64,000 nucleotides of DNA from Eledone cirrhosa (lineage: Eukaryota): positions 21,142,001-21,206,000 of the forward strand of contig OZ024756.1 of NCBI GenBank assembly GCA_964016885.1, read 5' to 3'. Position numbers and translations under genes: made by a program. Under the pieces are notes generated by a model, which was given only the letters and a program-made list of their open reading frames with translations, was not told the DNA's origin and searched no databases. Numbering within the stretch: the first letter of the stretch is position 1; every line of letters begins with the position of its first letter. Positions 26,989 to 39,995 of this stretch are shown one piece after another.

Positions 26989-27091
26989 GGGTGTCTCCCA
27001 CCAAAAAATATATACATACTTCCGCAGCATTCTGATAAATATTGCCTGTACAGGTAATCAAAGTATGTATACATTTTTGGGGGACACCCTG
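26987..27091. mobile_element. Tc1/mariner-superfamily MITE (about 105 bp)
   Basis: TIRs CAGGGTGTCTCCC..AAAAATATATACATACTT and AAGTATGTATACATTTTTGGGGGACACCCTG|TA. Confidence 0.8.
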
Positions 27092-27519
27092 TATATATAT
27101 ATATACGTATATATATACATACACCCCCCCCCACCCCACCCACACACAAACATGTATATATATATATATATATATATATATGCATGTGTGTATGTATACA
27201 TACATGTAAGATAACATTAAACTGTTCTGTAGTAACCTCACTGTTAGAATGTAAACAAATGTGTAAAACATTCTGTTACTCTAGTTGTGTATATAAATAT
27301 AAGATATTGCCTTTACTAGTTTCACGTCTATTTGGCTGATCAACTGAGAACAAGAGCTCTGATGACTTCTCCATGAAGAGGAATTACAATTAAGCATTAT
27401 GAAAAACGATAAGGGTACTCGTGCTTTTTTGTGTATGGCGAAAACTTGTTTATGTGTTCAGAGCTTTGGATTTAACTTAGATTTTATAATAGATGGAGGT
27501 TTGTTTATATATATATATA

Positions 27520-27598
27520 TACGGTAAAGTTTCGTTTGCATGTAGATTTTTATTCTATATCGACCTATCGCGCGCGTTTCGCAGAGGATTGGCTCAAG
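27520..27598 (-). mobile_element. PLE-like remnant with HHR 3' half (second copy at about 58238-58313)
   Basis: Minus strand: TTGAG-CCAATCCTCTGC-GAAAC-GCGC-G(C/T)... The 58285 copy has the palindromic helix III ACGCGCGT and a GUA triplet. Confidence 0.6.
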
Positions 27599-27846
27599 TT
27601 ATTATTTTTTTTAAAGTGACATAAACTCCTGGGTATGACGATGAACTGCATCCAGTGGCAAGGCTCCAGTTTGGGAATTCAGGAGCTGTGGGGGAGTGTG
27701 GATTTAGTTACCTCTTAGTTGTTATCACTCCCAGGTCTGCTCTGGCCCGAAGCAGTAGTACCTGTTAGGGCCCCATTTATGGGTTAAATAGTTACCTTAC
27801 TTGAGTGGCACCGGTAAGCTATTATAATCCATTGAAAGTATATATA

Positions 27847-28103
27847 TATATATATAAGGATTAGAATACTGGAGCGTATTTGAGTCAAACACCCTCCTCG
27901 TATTATAGAAATGACAGTAAAAGGTATAGCTCAATGCAGTTAAACAGAGCCAAAAAATTAAGAGAGTAAAACAAAGAATCCTTTAATACATCAAAAGTTT
28001 TTATTAGCCGACAATGTTTCGATGAGTCCTTAATAGGACGAAACATTGTCGGCTAATAAAAACTTTTGATGTATTAAAGGATTCTTTGTTTTACTCTCTT
28101 AAT
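27847..28103. mobile_element. PLE-like unit with a perfect fold-back (27957-28021 and 28039-28103) pivoting in an HHR
   Basis: About 65-bp perfect inverted arms. The centre reads GATGA-GTCCT-TAAT-AGGAC-GAAAC-ATT-GTC-GGC. Confidence 0.85.
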
Positions 28104-28180
28104 ATATTTATATATATATTTATATATATACATACTTACAATGGATTATAATAACTTACCGATGCCACTCAGCTCGGAAG

Positions 28181-28216
28181 GAGCTGAGGATCCGGTAAGG
28201 TGAAACAATTGTTCTC
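28181..28216 (+). ncRNA. Minimal type I HHR with palindromic helix III
   Basis: GAG-CTGAGGA-TCC-GGTAA-GGT-GAAA-CAATTG-TT-CTC. ACAATTGT is palindromic and the triplet is GUU. Confidence 0.7.
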
Positions 28217-28274
28217 GGTATGGTGAACTAACTGTTGTTTTACCACTTCTATATATATATATATATATATATAT

Positions 28275-28640
28275 AAGAATTAAAATACTAGAGTGTGTTG
28301 GAGTTAAACACCCTCTTCATATTATAGAAATGACAGTATAAGATATAGCTCAATGTAATTAAACAGAGCCGTGGGTTCAACATGTTAATCACTTCCTTGC
28401 TATTTGGTCTATATCTATGTTTGTAACTGCTCACTCTTAATCTTAGCCAACTTTTCCTTGATATCTTTCCTAAGCTTTAATAGATGTATACTTCATATTC
28501 TTCTGAGTTTTTAGCTTGTATTGGCCGATAGTGCTTCTTGTAGCTTTACTTGCCCTGATGAGTCCTTAATAGGACGAAACACTGTTGGCTAATAAAGACT
28601 TTTGATGTATTGAAGGCATCTTTGGTTTATTTTTTATAAT
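28275..28640 (+). mobile_element. Second copy of the 27847 PLE-like unit, containing a complete HHR
   Basis: 28275-28370 is homologous to 27847-27951, and the 3' part is homologous to 28021-28095. Flanked by (TA)n. Confidence 0.75.
28552..28589 (+). ncRNA. Minimal type I HHR, intact core
   Basis: GCC-CTGATGA-GTCCT-TAAT-AGGAC-GAAAC-ACT-GTT-GGC. Confidence 0.85.
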
Positions 28641-29026
28641 ATATATATATATATATTTATATACACATGTATATGTAAAGCCAAAGGTAGTAAAGAAGAA
28701 AAGCATGTCTACAACTACATGGACTTGAAACGAACCTCTTAGCCATACAGCCATCCCTTCCTATCTTTCTATCTATTATGTCTTTTTTTTTCCTATGTAA
28801 GTAATTTTTCCCTTTTACGAGCGTATATCTCGTACTCTGTCTCCCTTTTCATTTTCTCCTTCATTTCTTCTCTCCCTCCTCTTCTCTGTCCCACACACAC
28901 ACACACGCACACACACATACTTATGTATGTATAGACTTATACACACATACTTATGTATGTATAGACTAACATATGTGCGAAGGTGAAACGCAAGAGTAAC
29001 ACGTCTCACCATGTGGCCATAATAAA

Positions 29027-29086
<60 letters not shown>

Positions 29087-29109
29087 TGTATTATGAATTG
29101 ACGTAAGCA

Positions 29110-29180
29110 TGTAAATTTGCTAGGTTTCGGCCAGTGTTGGCCCACCAGGCTATGTGTAACTTAATAGCATCACCTGGCGA
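29110..29180 (-). mobile_element. Mini element of about 65 bp with HHR remnant (also 30843-30908 plus strand, 49378-49452 minus strand)
   Basis: Shared sequence ccaggtggtgctattaagtta.acat.gcct...GGCCA ATAC TGGCC-GAAAC-CTA. The 29110 copy retains CTGGTGG at the core position. Confidence 0.6.
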
Positions 29181-29189
29181 AGTCTTTCA

Positions 29190-29480
29190 GATTATGGCTT
29201 CACCACCTATTCATGCTTTGGTCATCGTAGCCCACTCTAGTAAAAAGTTATTGTTTTCTGGGACATATCCGAATGTAGGGTGTTTATCCGAGATTTCTTG
29301 GAGGGAATTTGTCCAGGGAACCTCTAAATATATAACAGGACCTGTTTCTGTCTTCATATATTTTAGTATGATATTAAAGGGACCGGGTTCAGTTCAGGTG
29401 AAGTAGATGTGTCGTATCGTTGCTATGAGATGCAAGTTTGATTTTTGTATTGAGTGGATAGCACGGGGACCATCCAGCGC
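29190..29480 (-). mobile_element. CR1-clade LINE 3' fragment
   Basis: Frameshifted translation GPRAI...IATIRHIYFT*TEPGPFNII.. / FRGSLDKF / LQEISDKHPTFGYVPENNNFLLEWA matches the CR1 ORF2 C-terminus pattern. Confidence 0.7.
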
Positions 29481-29695
29481 ATCTCCCTTACCACGGCTTC
29501 CCCATTCTGTCCGCCGAGCCTGTGGGGCGGCCAGCACGTGGGACCCCATTTGCTCACTATACAGAGAGATGGGAAGGGCGAGAGAGATAGGGGGCGATGA
29601 CGGTGGGAGTTCGGCTCCTCCGTTTTCGGACACATTGCACCTGTCAGGTGGATCTGTTGTTTATATTGGGTAAACCGTATTACTGTTTCATCAAA

Positions 29696-30400
29696 GGCGG
29701 TGGATTGGCAGTATCGGTAGAGGGTCGGACGCCATGCTTTCCAGCATAGTTACGTCCCTTTACGATCTGAGTTCAAATCCCGCCGAGGTTGACTTTACCT
29801 TTCATCCTTACGGGGGTCGATAAAATAAAGTACCAGTAATGCACTGGGTAATTGCTGGCCTTGTGCCTAAAGTAGAAACAATTATATGTATGTATGTGTA
29901 TGTATGTATGTGTGTGCAGATATATATGTGTGTGTATATACATACATATAATCACGGTCATGTGTATATATAACAGTATTGCGAAGTGGTGGCGGTGGAT
30001 TGGCAGTATCGGTAGAGGGTCGGACGCCATGCTTTCCAGCATAGTTACGTCCCTTTACGATCTGAGTTCAAATCCTGCCGAGGTTGACTTTGCCTTTCAT
30101 CCTTACGGGGTCGATAAAATAAAGTACCAGTAATGCACTGGGTAATTGCTGGCCTTGTGCCTAAAAGTAGAAACAATTATTATACCTGTCCACTAGTCAT
30201 TATTTACAAGGGCGGGGGATTGGCAGTATCGGTAGAGGGTCGGACGCCATGCTTTCCAGCATAGTTACGTCCCTTTACGGTCTGAGTTCAAATCCCGCCG
30301 AGGTTGACTTTGCCTTTCATCCTTACGGGGTCGATAAAATAAAGTACCAGTAATGCACTGGGTAATTGCTGGCCTTGTGCCTAAAGTAGAAACAATTATT
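29696..30400 (+). mobile_element. Three near-identical full-length SINE A copies (29696-29885, 29991-30180, 30211-30400)
   Basis: A box TGGCAGTATCGG, B box GAGTTCAAATCC, Meta-domain-like core gcctttcatccttacggggtcgataaaataaagtaccag, tail ggccttgtgcctaaagtagaaacaattat. Confidence 0.92.
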
Positions 30401-30627
30401 GTTTCATCAAAGGTCATTTATTGAAATGGAACCAGCCCTAGTTGGATATTAATTATCACTTATATATGATGTATTGGGGGCTAGACGAGGGGGGGATTAG
30501 ATGGACGAGTCGGAAAATTGTGTGTGTGGGCCGGTGTGATAGTACGTGTATGATAGTGTGTATATGTCTGTGATAGTGTGTGTGTGTGTGATAGTATTTT
30601 TGTGTGTGAGAGTGCAGATATTTGTGA

Positions 30628-30767
30628 TGGTCCAGAAATAGCCGTCGAAACGGGTTGAGCTCTGCCGTCGGGGTCTTGAACATTTTCCTATTACCCACTT
30701 TACTACCCTAAGTATTGAGTACTCTGGTGCGTTATGGTCCACCTGGTTCCTTACCACACTTCCTTGG

Positions 30768-30770
<3 letters not shown>
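30628..30770 (+). mobile_element. Small element family Y (also about 36980-37058, 50978-51133, 57468-57592)
   Basis: Shared sequence 'ctaccctaagtattgagtact(c/t)tggtgcgttatggtccacctggttccttaccaca' and hairpin AGCCGT-CGAA-ACGGCT. Copies abut (TA)n. Confidence 0.75.
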
Positions 30771-30833
<63 letters not shown>

Positions 30834-30979
30834 GTATGTATTACCCAGGTGGTGCTATTAAGTTAAACATGGCCTGGGCCAATACTGGACGAAACCTATC
30901 AAAGTTATATATATATATATCCAGGGAGTGTCCTTGTTTTATTATATATATGTATATGTGTGTGTATACGCATATATGT

Positions 30980-31016
<37 letters not shown>

Positions 31017-31238
31017 TATACACATATATATATATATATACATATATATACATATATATATATATTTATATATATATATATATACGTATATATATATATG
31101 TATATATATATGAATATATATGTATATATATAAATGTATATATATGTATATATGTATATATATATACGTATATATATATATATGTATATATATATGTATA
31201 TATATATATATATGTATATATATATGTATATATATATG

Positions 31239-31269
<31 letters not shown>

Positions 31270-31327
31270 GTATATATATATATATGTATATATATATGTA
31301 TATATACATATATACATATATATATAT

Positions 31328-31371
<44 letters not shown>

Positions 31372-31753
31372 GTGTGTGTTTGTGTGTGTGTGTGTGTGTT
31401 TGAATATATGTATGGGAATGCTGGATATTTGTATCTGTGATATATTTTCTTCCGTCTTACAAAATGAAAAAGATATATATTATGTATCAATTTATTTACG
31501 AAATACACAAAAACTTAAAAAAAAAAAATTATTTACACAGTTATTTCATCTGCGTTTTCGGAAGTTCCATAAAAGATTTCATATAAAAATGTGTATCTGG
31601 GTCTAATTAATAACTGCAGTGTTTTTTCCAGGGTCTATGTTGAAAAATAAACCTCATTTGGTCATTCCATGAGAGTTTCTTGGTCAGCCTATGCACTTTT
31701 CGACCTATGAACCATTCAGCTTTCCCCTGTATAAGTGCATTTATGTATATATA

Positions 31754-31958
31754 CGCGGCTAGACTGAAAAGCCCATAGGCTGACTATGAAGTAATGATGC
31801 TAGGGCTGTGAAATCTTGCACGCATTAATTTCAACTTTTTTTTTTATTATTAATAAGTGCATTGTTTCTTTCCAGGGGCTATGTCGAAAATTAAACCATA
31901 TTTGGTCATTCCATGAGAGTATCTTCGTCAGCCTATGAACTTTTTCAGTGGACTCTTG
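31754..31958. mobile_element. mariner-type MITE with TA TSD (partial second copy at 31605-31710)
   Basis: TA|CGCGGCTAGACTGAAAAGCCCATAGGCTGAC ... GTCAGCCTATGAACTTTTTCAGTGGACTCTTG|TA. Confidence 0.8.
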
Positions 31959-32209
31959 TATTCAATCAAACTATAAAAATTTCTTCATTTGTAGAGCATA
32001 GCTAATTTCCTGCAGTCTCACGTATGTTACCTTCTTCAATAAAACGAGCATAATTGTGTCACCATAGCCTCTCAAATAATAGCTCCCTACTGTGATCAAT
32101 TATGAAATATTTTAACTACAATTAATTATAATGCTCATTTTCATATCACAATACATAATTACATTATAGACAATCAGTAATTCGGCCAATCTACGTATCG
32201 TTGCAACTC

Positions 32210-32251
32210 TTATATATACACATGCACACACACATATGTGTATATGTATAA

Positions 32252-32297
<46 letters not shown>

Positions 32298-32336
32298 ATA
32301 AGTGTGTATATATTTATGTGTGTGTATAAGTGTATA

Positions 32337-32420
<84 letters not shown>

Positions 32421-32431
32421 TATATATATAT

Positions 32432-32512
<81 letters not shown>

Positions 32513-32531
32513 TATATATATATATATACAC

Positions 32532-32566
<35 letters not shown>

Positions 32567-32581
32567 TATATATATATATAT

Positions 32582-32648
<67 letters not shown>

Positions 32649-32670
32649 CATATACACATACACTTAAACA
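32210..32670. repeat. (TA)n/(CA)n microsatellite
   Basis: Direct inspection. Confidence 0.95.
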
Positions 32671-32943
32671 CACATAAACAGGCATATATTGTGGTGTTGC
32701 TTGATTAACAATTCTGAAGAGCAGATTAAGGCTGGTGTCGGGTCTATAAAATAGATTCTGAGCCTCCCATCAGTTCATAACTGAGCTTAATCAATAAAAA
32801 CCTGAATGTGAAACCTCATTTTATATATATATTTATATATATATATATATATACTGCAGTAAAAGTTTGGTAAAAATATCCAAGGATAAGAGTACTCAGT
32901 CCATAGGACGAGTTTAGTATACATAATTACAACAGTGATATAA

Positions 32944-32993
32944 ACAGGTACTTAAGTTTCGTTGGGTTCTGGGCCCCAACTCATTCAGCCTGT
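32944..32993 (-). ncRNA. Minimal type I HHR, all helices perfect, 1-nt core insertion
   Basis: Minus strand: ACAGG-CTGAATGA-GTTGGG GCCCAGAA CCCAAC-GAAA-CTTAAG-TA-CCTGT. Helix III ACTTAAGT is palindromic and the triplet is GUA. Confidence 0.85.
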
Positions 32994-33037
32994 CATAAGA
33001 AAAGTAAAGAATGTCTTGCGTGATAAAGTACATTTAT

Positions 33038-33104
<67 letters not shown>

Positions 33105-33108
33105 AAAG

Positions 33109-33376
33109 TATAAGGAAAAGAAATCGAAAATGCAACTGGTGCCTTTTTAAGAATATTTATTTATTTCCTTTACCAGTTTCACAGTTCTTATGCTTTTCAA
33201 ATGTAGAATTGAGATGGAGGGTTTGTGGTTTCTCTCGCATCTGATGCCAGAGAAACCACAAACCCTACATCTCAATTCTACTTATGAAAAGCATAAGAAC
33301 TGTAAAACCAGCAAAGGAAATAAATAAATATTCTTAAAAAGACTCCAGTTGGCATTTTCGATTTCTTTTCCTTATA
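33109..33376. repeat. Imperfect inverted repeat with arms of about 125 bp (fold-back element)
   Basis: Arms at 33109-33235 and 33249-33376. The centre CTGATG-CCAGA-GAAAC resembles a collapsed HHR core. Confidence 0.85.
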
Positions 33377-33589
33377 TATATATATATTTTCACCGTGGTC
33401 TATCCTTGGCGGTAGGTTCCCTATCGTAGTCATATAACTGCCACAGGTCAGAGAATATGTCAATATGATTAACCCTCCGAAACGATCGTAAAACAATGAT
33501 ATGAATAGGTAAAATAACTCAACTTTGTGGTTATTATTTTCATTGTTAAATTAATACCTAATACATACATACATATATATATGAACTTT

Positions 33590-33777
33590 GATAGACTATA
33601 TATATATATTTATATCTGTATTTTTAACCGTTGGTCAATCAATGATAAATGTTGATTGCCCAATAAATTAACTATGGAGATATAAAAGATACAGAAGCGA
33701 AAACCAACCAAACAGTGAGTGTGTTCTGTTATTATTTCTGGCAATATTATTACAACAATATTACCCTCCCCAAGTAT

Positions 33778-33785
<8 letters not shown>
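33590..33785 (+). mobile_element. Family X element, empty-site copy
   Basis: 'aaacagtgagtgtgttctgttattatttctggcaatatt...accctccccaagtataacaata' is uninterrupted. Confidence 0.75.
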
Positions 33786-33814
<29 letters not shown>

Positions 33815-33862
33815 TATAGATAGGTAAATATACACGGGTGTGTATGATTGTGTATAGAAGAT

Positions 33863-34052
33863 TATATTAATAAGAGGAATTCCAACTTTGTCTGATTTAC
33901 TCGTTTTATTTACAATCCTTTAAAATATATATAATGGTATTATAATGAAATATATATAATGGTATTATAATGAAATACCATTATATATATTTTAAAGGAT
34001 TGTAAATAAAACGAGTAAATCAGACAAAGTTGGAATTCCTCTTATTAATATA
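33863..34052. repeat. Perfect fold-back palindrome (arms of about 75-80 bp) with an internal duplication of about 25 bp
   Basis: tattaataagaggaattccaactttgtctgatttactcg... is mirrored exactly. The centre is GAAATACCATT. Confidence 0.9.
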
Positions 34053-34470
34053 TATATATATATATATGTGTGTGTGTTTGTGTGTCAGAGAATATGCTCC
34101 GAAATCCTTAGACGTGTCCGTCGAACCTGCGGGTCCAGAATCAGACAGATCCACACAATGATCGGTTCTCGAGCAGTCCGCCGGCGAAACAATTGTAATA
34201 CACAATCAATTGAGTTCAGATGCATCACTGATTTTTCGTTTTCTATTCTATATATATATATATATATTGTTCTTGACCTATCTCTTTCATGTGTGTGTAT
34301 GTATACACACACATCCATAAACTGAAACACAAACACAAACTCACACATTTATATACATACACACATGCGTTTGTGTGTATGTATATACGTATATATATAT
34401 ATAAATGAAAAGTATAGAAATTGTTGTAGCGAGAGGCTAACAGTATTCCATAACATATATATAAATATAT

Positions 34471-34524
<54 letters not shown>

Positions 34525-34548
34525 TATTTATATATATATGTATGTATG

Positions 34549-34590
<42 letters not shown>

Positions 34591-34635
34591 TATTTATATA
34601 TATATATATGTATGTATGTAAGTATGTGTGTACAC

Positions 34636-34666
<31 letters not shown>

Positions 34667-34802
34667 CATACATACATAGATATATATATAAATATATATA
34701 TATGTATAAATATACACAAATACATATTTATATATATATATATATGTATATATACATACACACACACACATACATACATACATACATACATACATACATA
34801 CA

Positions 34803-34852
<50 letters not shown>

Positions 34853-35059
34853 CCTCAATACTGAGGCCATTCTTGAGCCCCAGATCTGTTTTTGCGTGTA
34901 TTTTTCTTGTTGATGTTATCATTGTAGTTGTTGACAAACTCACACCATTCTCCTATTTCATATCATACTTAGTGAATAGATCGACATGTGTCCCAGGTGT
35001 ACATACCCCCCCCCACCTTGTTGAGAAGCACCTCACACTTTTATCACAGTGTACGTATC

Positions 35060-35608
35060 TGTGTGTGTGTAATAGTGTCTAACTCTGTGTGTATGTGTGT
35101 GTGTATATGTTAATGTGTCCATGTCTGTGTGTGTGTGTGTATATGTTAATGTGTCCATGTCTGTGTGTGTATATGTTAATGTGTCTGTGTGTATGTGTGT
35201 GTATATGTTAATGTGTCCATGTCTGTATGTGTGAAATAGTGCCTAGCTCTGTGTGTGTGTATGTGTGTGTGTGTGTGTATATATGTTAATGTGTCCATGG
35301 CTGTATATGTGAAATAGTGCCTAACTCTTTGTGTGTGTGTGTGTGTGTATATATGTCAATGTGTCCATGTCTGTATGTGTGATACTGCATCTATCACCGT
35401 GTGTCTGTGTGTGTGTCTATGATGTGTGTGTCTACGTCTATGATGTGTATGTGTGTCTATGGCCCATGCTGTGTGTGTGTGTGTGTGTCTATGATGTGTG
35501 TGTGTGTGTGTTAATATGTCCGTGTCTGTATGTGTGAGACTGCACCTATCTCCGTGTGGGTGTGTCTGTGTCTGTGTGTGTATATGATGTGTGTATGTAT
35601 GCATGTGA

Positions 35609-35663
<55 letters not shown>

Positions 35664-36066
35664 TGACCGTGTCTGTGTATGTGTGTGACGGCACCTATTT
35701 CCGTGTGTATGTGTGTGAATGTGTGTATGAATGTGTTTGAAGTGTTTCTGTGTCTATGCTGTGTCTGATGTGTGTGTGTGTGTGTGTGTGTATGAATGTT
35801 TAAATTTCAGTCAGTGTCAGTGTTTGTGAGTGTGTGTCTGATATGCGTGTGAATGTGTGTGTGTTTCTGTGTGTATGAATGTGTCTGATATGTGTGTGAA
35901 TGTGTGCGTGTGTATGAATGTTTATATTTTAGTGTTATTGTCTGTTTGTGTCTGTGCGTGCGTATGTGTGTGTGTGCATGTGTGTGTGTCTGATGTGTCT
36001 GATGTGTGTGTATAAATGTATATATTTCAGTGTCAGTGTTTGTGTGTGTGTGTTTGTGTGTCTGTT

Positions 36067-36134
<68 letters not shown>

Positions 36135-36242
36135 AGTATGTCTCCTCTAGTTCCTATATGTCACTTGTCCTTATATCGTTTTTAATTTCTCATGAAATAT
36201 AATTAACAAGAAAAACATATTTTCTACCCTCCACCCCTTCTT

Positions 36243-36275
<33 letters not shown>

Positions 36276-36606
36276 GTATATGTGCATGTGTGTGTATGTA
36301 TATATATGTATATATATATGTATGTGTTTATGTGTGTGTGTATATATATATATATGTATTTATATATGTTTGTGCTTATGTGTGTGTGTGTGTATATATA
36401 TGTATATATGTCTGTGCTTATATGTGTGTATGTATATATGTATATATATATATATATGTCTGCTTATGTGCGTGTATGTATATGTATATATATATATATA
36501 TGTCTGTGTTTATGTGTGTGTGTATATATCTATATATATCTATATGTCTGTGATTATGTGTGTGTGTATATATATATGTATATATATATATATATGTCTG
36601 TGTTTA

Positions 36607-36637
<31 letters not shown>

Positions 36638-36712
36638 CTATATATATCTATATGTCTGTGTTTATGTGTGTGTGTGTATATATATATGTATTTATATATG
36701 TCTGTGTTTATA

Positions 36713-36743
<31 letters not shown>

Positions 36744-36778
36744 CTATATCTATATATATACCTACATTACCCACACGC

Positions 36779-36818
<40 letters not shown>

Positions 36819-36873
36819 TGAAACACGCAGGCGTATCTATTTGCCCCCTGGGTGTATATAAATGTGTCAAAAT

Positions 36874-36929
<56 letters not shown>

Positions 36930-36930
36930 A
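35060..36930. repeat. (TG)n/(TA)n low-complexity block
   Basis: Direct inspection. Confidence 0.92.
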
Positions 36931-37055
36931 TTTTTGACACATTTATATATTGCTATCTATCTATCTATCTATCTATATGAGAAAGTAAGACCCCTACGGT
37001 AGAGCTCAAGCCGTTTCGACGGCTATTTCTGGACTAAAGCCTTACCACAACTCCG

Positions 37056-37114
<59 letters not shown>

Positions 37115-37116
<2 letters not shown>

Positions 37117-37200
37117 CCAGCGATAATGAGGGACAGAGACCGCTGGAGAGAACTCGTCCATGGATCTCGGGAATTTTACCCGCCTTAGATAGGTAGATAG
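37115..37200 (+). mobile_element. RTE 3' terminal fragment
   Basis: Translation MRDRDRWRELVHGSR followed by a short tandem (tagg/taga) tail. Confidence 0.55.
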
Positions 37201-37555
37201 ATATCACCCAGGAAATATTTAGAACATTATCAAACTACAACAACAACAATAACAACAGCAACAAAATCATCATCATCATCATCATCATCATGAACGACAA
37301 CACCAACGACACGCCACCACCACCATCATCATCCACTACAACAACATGAACAACAATGTAAAGAAAACTTTGTGACACCAACAAAAGTTACGTGATCGAA
37401 CTAAGAAGATAGAAAGTAAAAAAAAAACAACTTTTAAAATGAAAACTATCAAGATGTTTAGATTCAAAGGCGAAATCGAAGAAAAAATAACAAATAAACA
37501 GCCCCGCCCCCCAACATTGATGTTTATCGATAATAGTAACAACATCAATAATAAT

Positions 37556-38353
37556 GGGGTTTTTTCATATAGGCACAAGGCCAGCAATTTTGGGAGAGGA
37601 GAAAGTCGATTAAATCGACCCCAGTGCGTGACTGGTACTTTATTTTATCGACTCCGTAAGGATGAAAGACAAAGTTAACCTCGGTGGGATTTGAACTCAG
37701 ATTATGAAGGACCGTAACTCTATGCAGCAAAGCATGACGTCCTACCCTCTACTGATACTGCCAACCCACCACCCTCAATAATGGTTTCTTATATAAGCAC
37801 ACGGCCAGCAATTTTTGGGGGGTGGGGGTGGATGGGGGTAAGTCGATTAAATCGATCTCAGTGCGTGATTGGTACTTTATTTTATCGACTCCGTAAGGAT
37901 GAAATGCAAAGTTAACCACGACGGGATTGGAACTCAGATCATGAAGGACCGTAACTCTATGTAGCAAAGCATGACGTCCAACCCTCTACTGATACTGCCA
38001 ACCCACCACCCTCAATAATTGTTTCTACTTTTGACACAAGGCTAGTTATTACCCACACTGTATTACTGGTACTTTATTTTATCGACTCCCGTAAGGATGA
38101 AAGGCAAAGTTAACCACGACGGGATTTGAAATCAGATCATGAAGAGCCGTAACTCTATGCTGCAAAGCATGGCGTCCGACCCTCTACTGATACTGCCAAC
38201 CCACCACCCTCAATAATAATATTAATAACAATGGCAATAATAATGTCATTATAATAAATGTTTCTAAATTTGGCACAAGGCCAGCAAATGCCCCAGTACA
38301 TTACTGGTACTTTATTTTATCGACCCCGTAAGGATGAAAGGCAAAGTTAACCT
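37556..38353 (-). mobile_element. Head-to-tail array of three full SINE A copies (37556-38210) plus a truncated fourth (38260-38353)
   Basis: Each unit runs gcacaaggccagc...gatttgaactcaga...ctactgatactgccaacccaccaccc. Units are joined by TCAATAAT. Confidence 0.9.
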
Positions 38354-38773
38354 TTGTCATTAAATACGTTGAAATATTTGAAAGCCGTCAGAAACGTGAC
38401 GTCTTCAAGTATGTGGATATAATGATATAATTAATGATTAAATAATGATGTGACGAATGAAATTTGTTTGTGTTGTATAGTTGTATACGTGCGTATATAC
38501 ATACACACACACACGTGTATATATATGTATGTATACATACATGTATGTTTGTGTATGTATATGCATATATATGTATATATATATATATGTATATATGAAT
38601 ATATATATACATATTTATAAGTATATATTTATACATATTTTATTATATATATAATATATATTTATATAAACATATATACACGCATTCACACACACACACA
38701 TATATATATATATATGCATATACGTATAAATATATTTAACATAATATAATATATATGTATATATATATATCTA

Positions 38774-38848
<75 letters not shown>

Positions 38849-39639
38849 CTATATATCTATATATATATCTCTCTCTCTCTCTATATATATATATCTATAT
38901 ATATATATCTAGATATATATATATATATATCTATATATATATCTCTCTCTATATATATCTATATATCCATATATATATATCCATATATATCTATCTATAT
39001 ATATCGATATATATATATATCCATATATCCATATATAAATACATACATATATATAAATACATATATATATATATATATGGTAAAAAAATATATACATGGA
39101 ATCAATGAATGAATGAAATATAAAAGAACTTACCGAATGGTATACAATAAAACAAAACGGTAATGTAAATTCTCCCCATGCTTGAAGATGGTGTTGTTCT
39201 AAAGGCATTGGTGCCAAGTGAATCATAGAAGTGTCTCAGAGACCACATGTACACACGTTCCCACTACACCACCACTAACATATATATGTATATATATATA
39301 TTATATACGTATATATATATATTATATACGTATATATATATATTATATACGTATATATATATTATATACGGATGATTTGTCGTAAACTGTGATTCGTACA
39401 AGTGTAGCGATCGACCGACCAACCGACCGACAGACAGAACTTATCGCATGCCTGACTGTCTGTATGTCTGGCTGACTGACTGGTTGTCAGTCTGTCTGTC
39501 TGTCAGTCAGTATGTGTGTCTGTCTGTCTGTCGGTTGATCAGTCGATCTGTTTGGCCGTCCGACTTTGCTAAAAGAATTAAACAAGAAAAATAACAACTA
39601 AAATAAAACCATTGAAAGAAACCCCCCCACCGCGTCTTT

Positions 39640-39949
39640 GACTATTACTACTGCTGCTGCTGTTGCTGCTACTACTACTACTACTACTACTGCTACTACT
39701 ACTGCTGTTGCTGTTGCTAATGCTGCTGCTAATGTTACTGCTGCCGCCACATCCACCACCACAACCACCTAACACCACCGCCACCGCCACTCTGAGTACT
39801 AGTATTGTTGCTACTACTACTACTATTACTACTACTACTACTGCTGCTAATGCTGCTGCTAATGCTGCTGCTGCCGCCACCACCACATCCACCGCCACAT
39901 CCACCACCTAACACCACCGCCACCGCGTCTCTCAGTACTACTACTGTTG

Positions 39950-39995
<46 letters not shown>

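Noticed and set aside
29394-29673. GC-rich short ORFs as a host exon
   Set aside because: The downstream part on the minus strand continues into a frameshifted CR1 C-terminus, and the rest has no recognisable protein motif.
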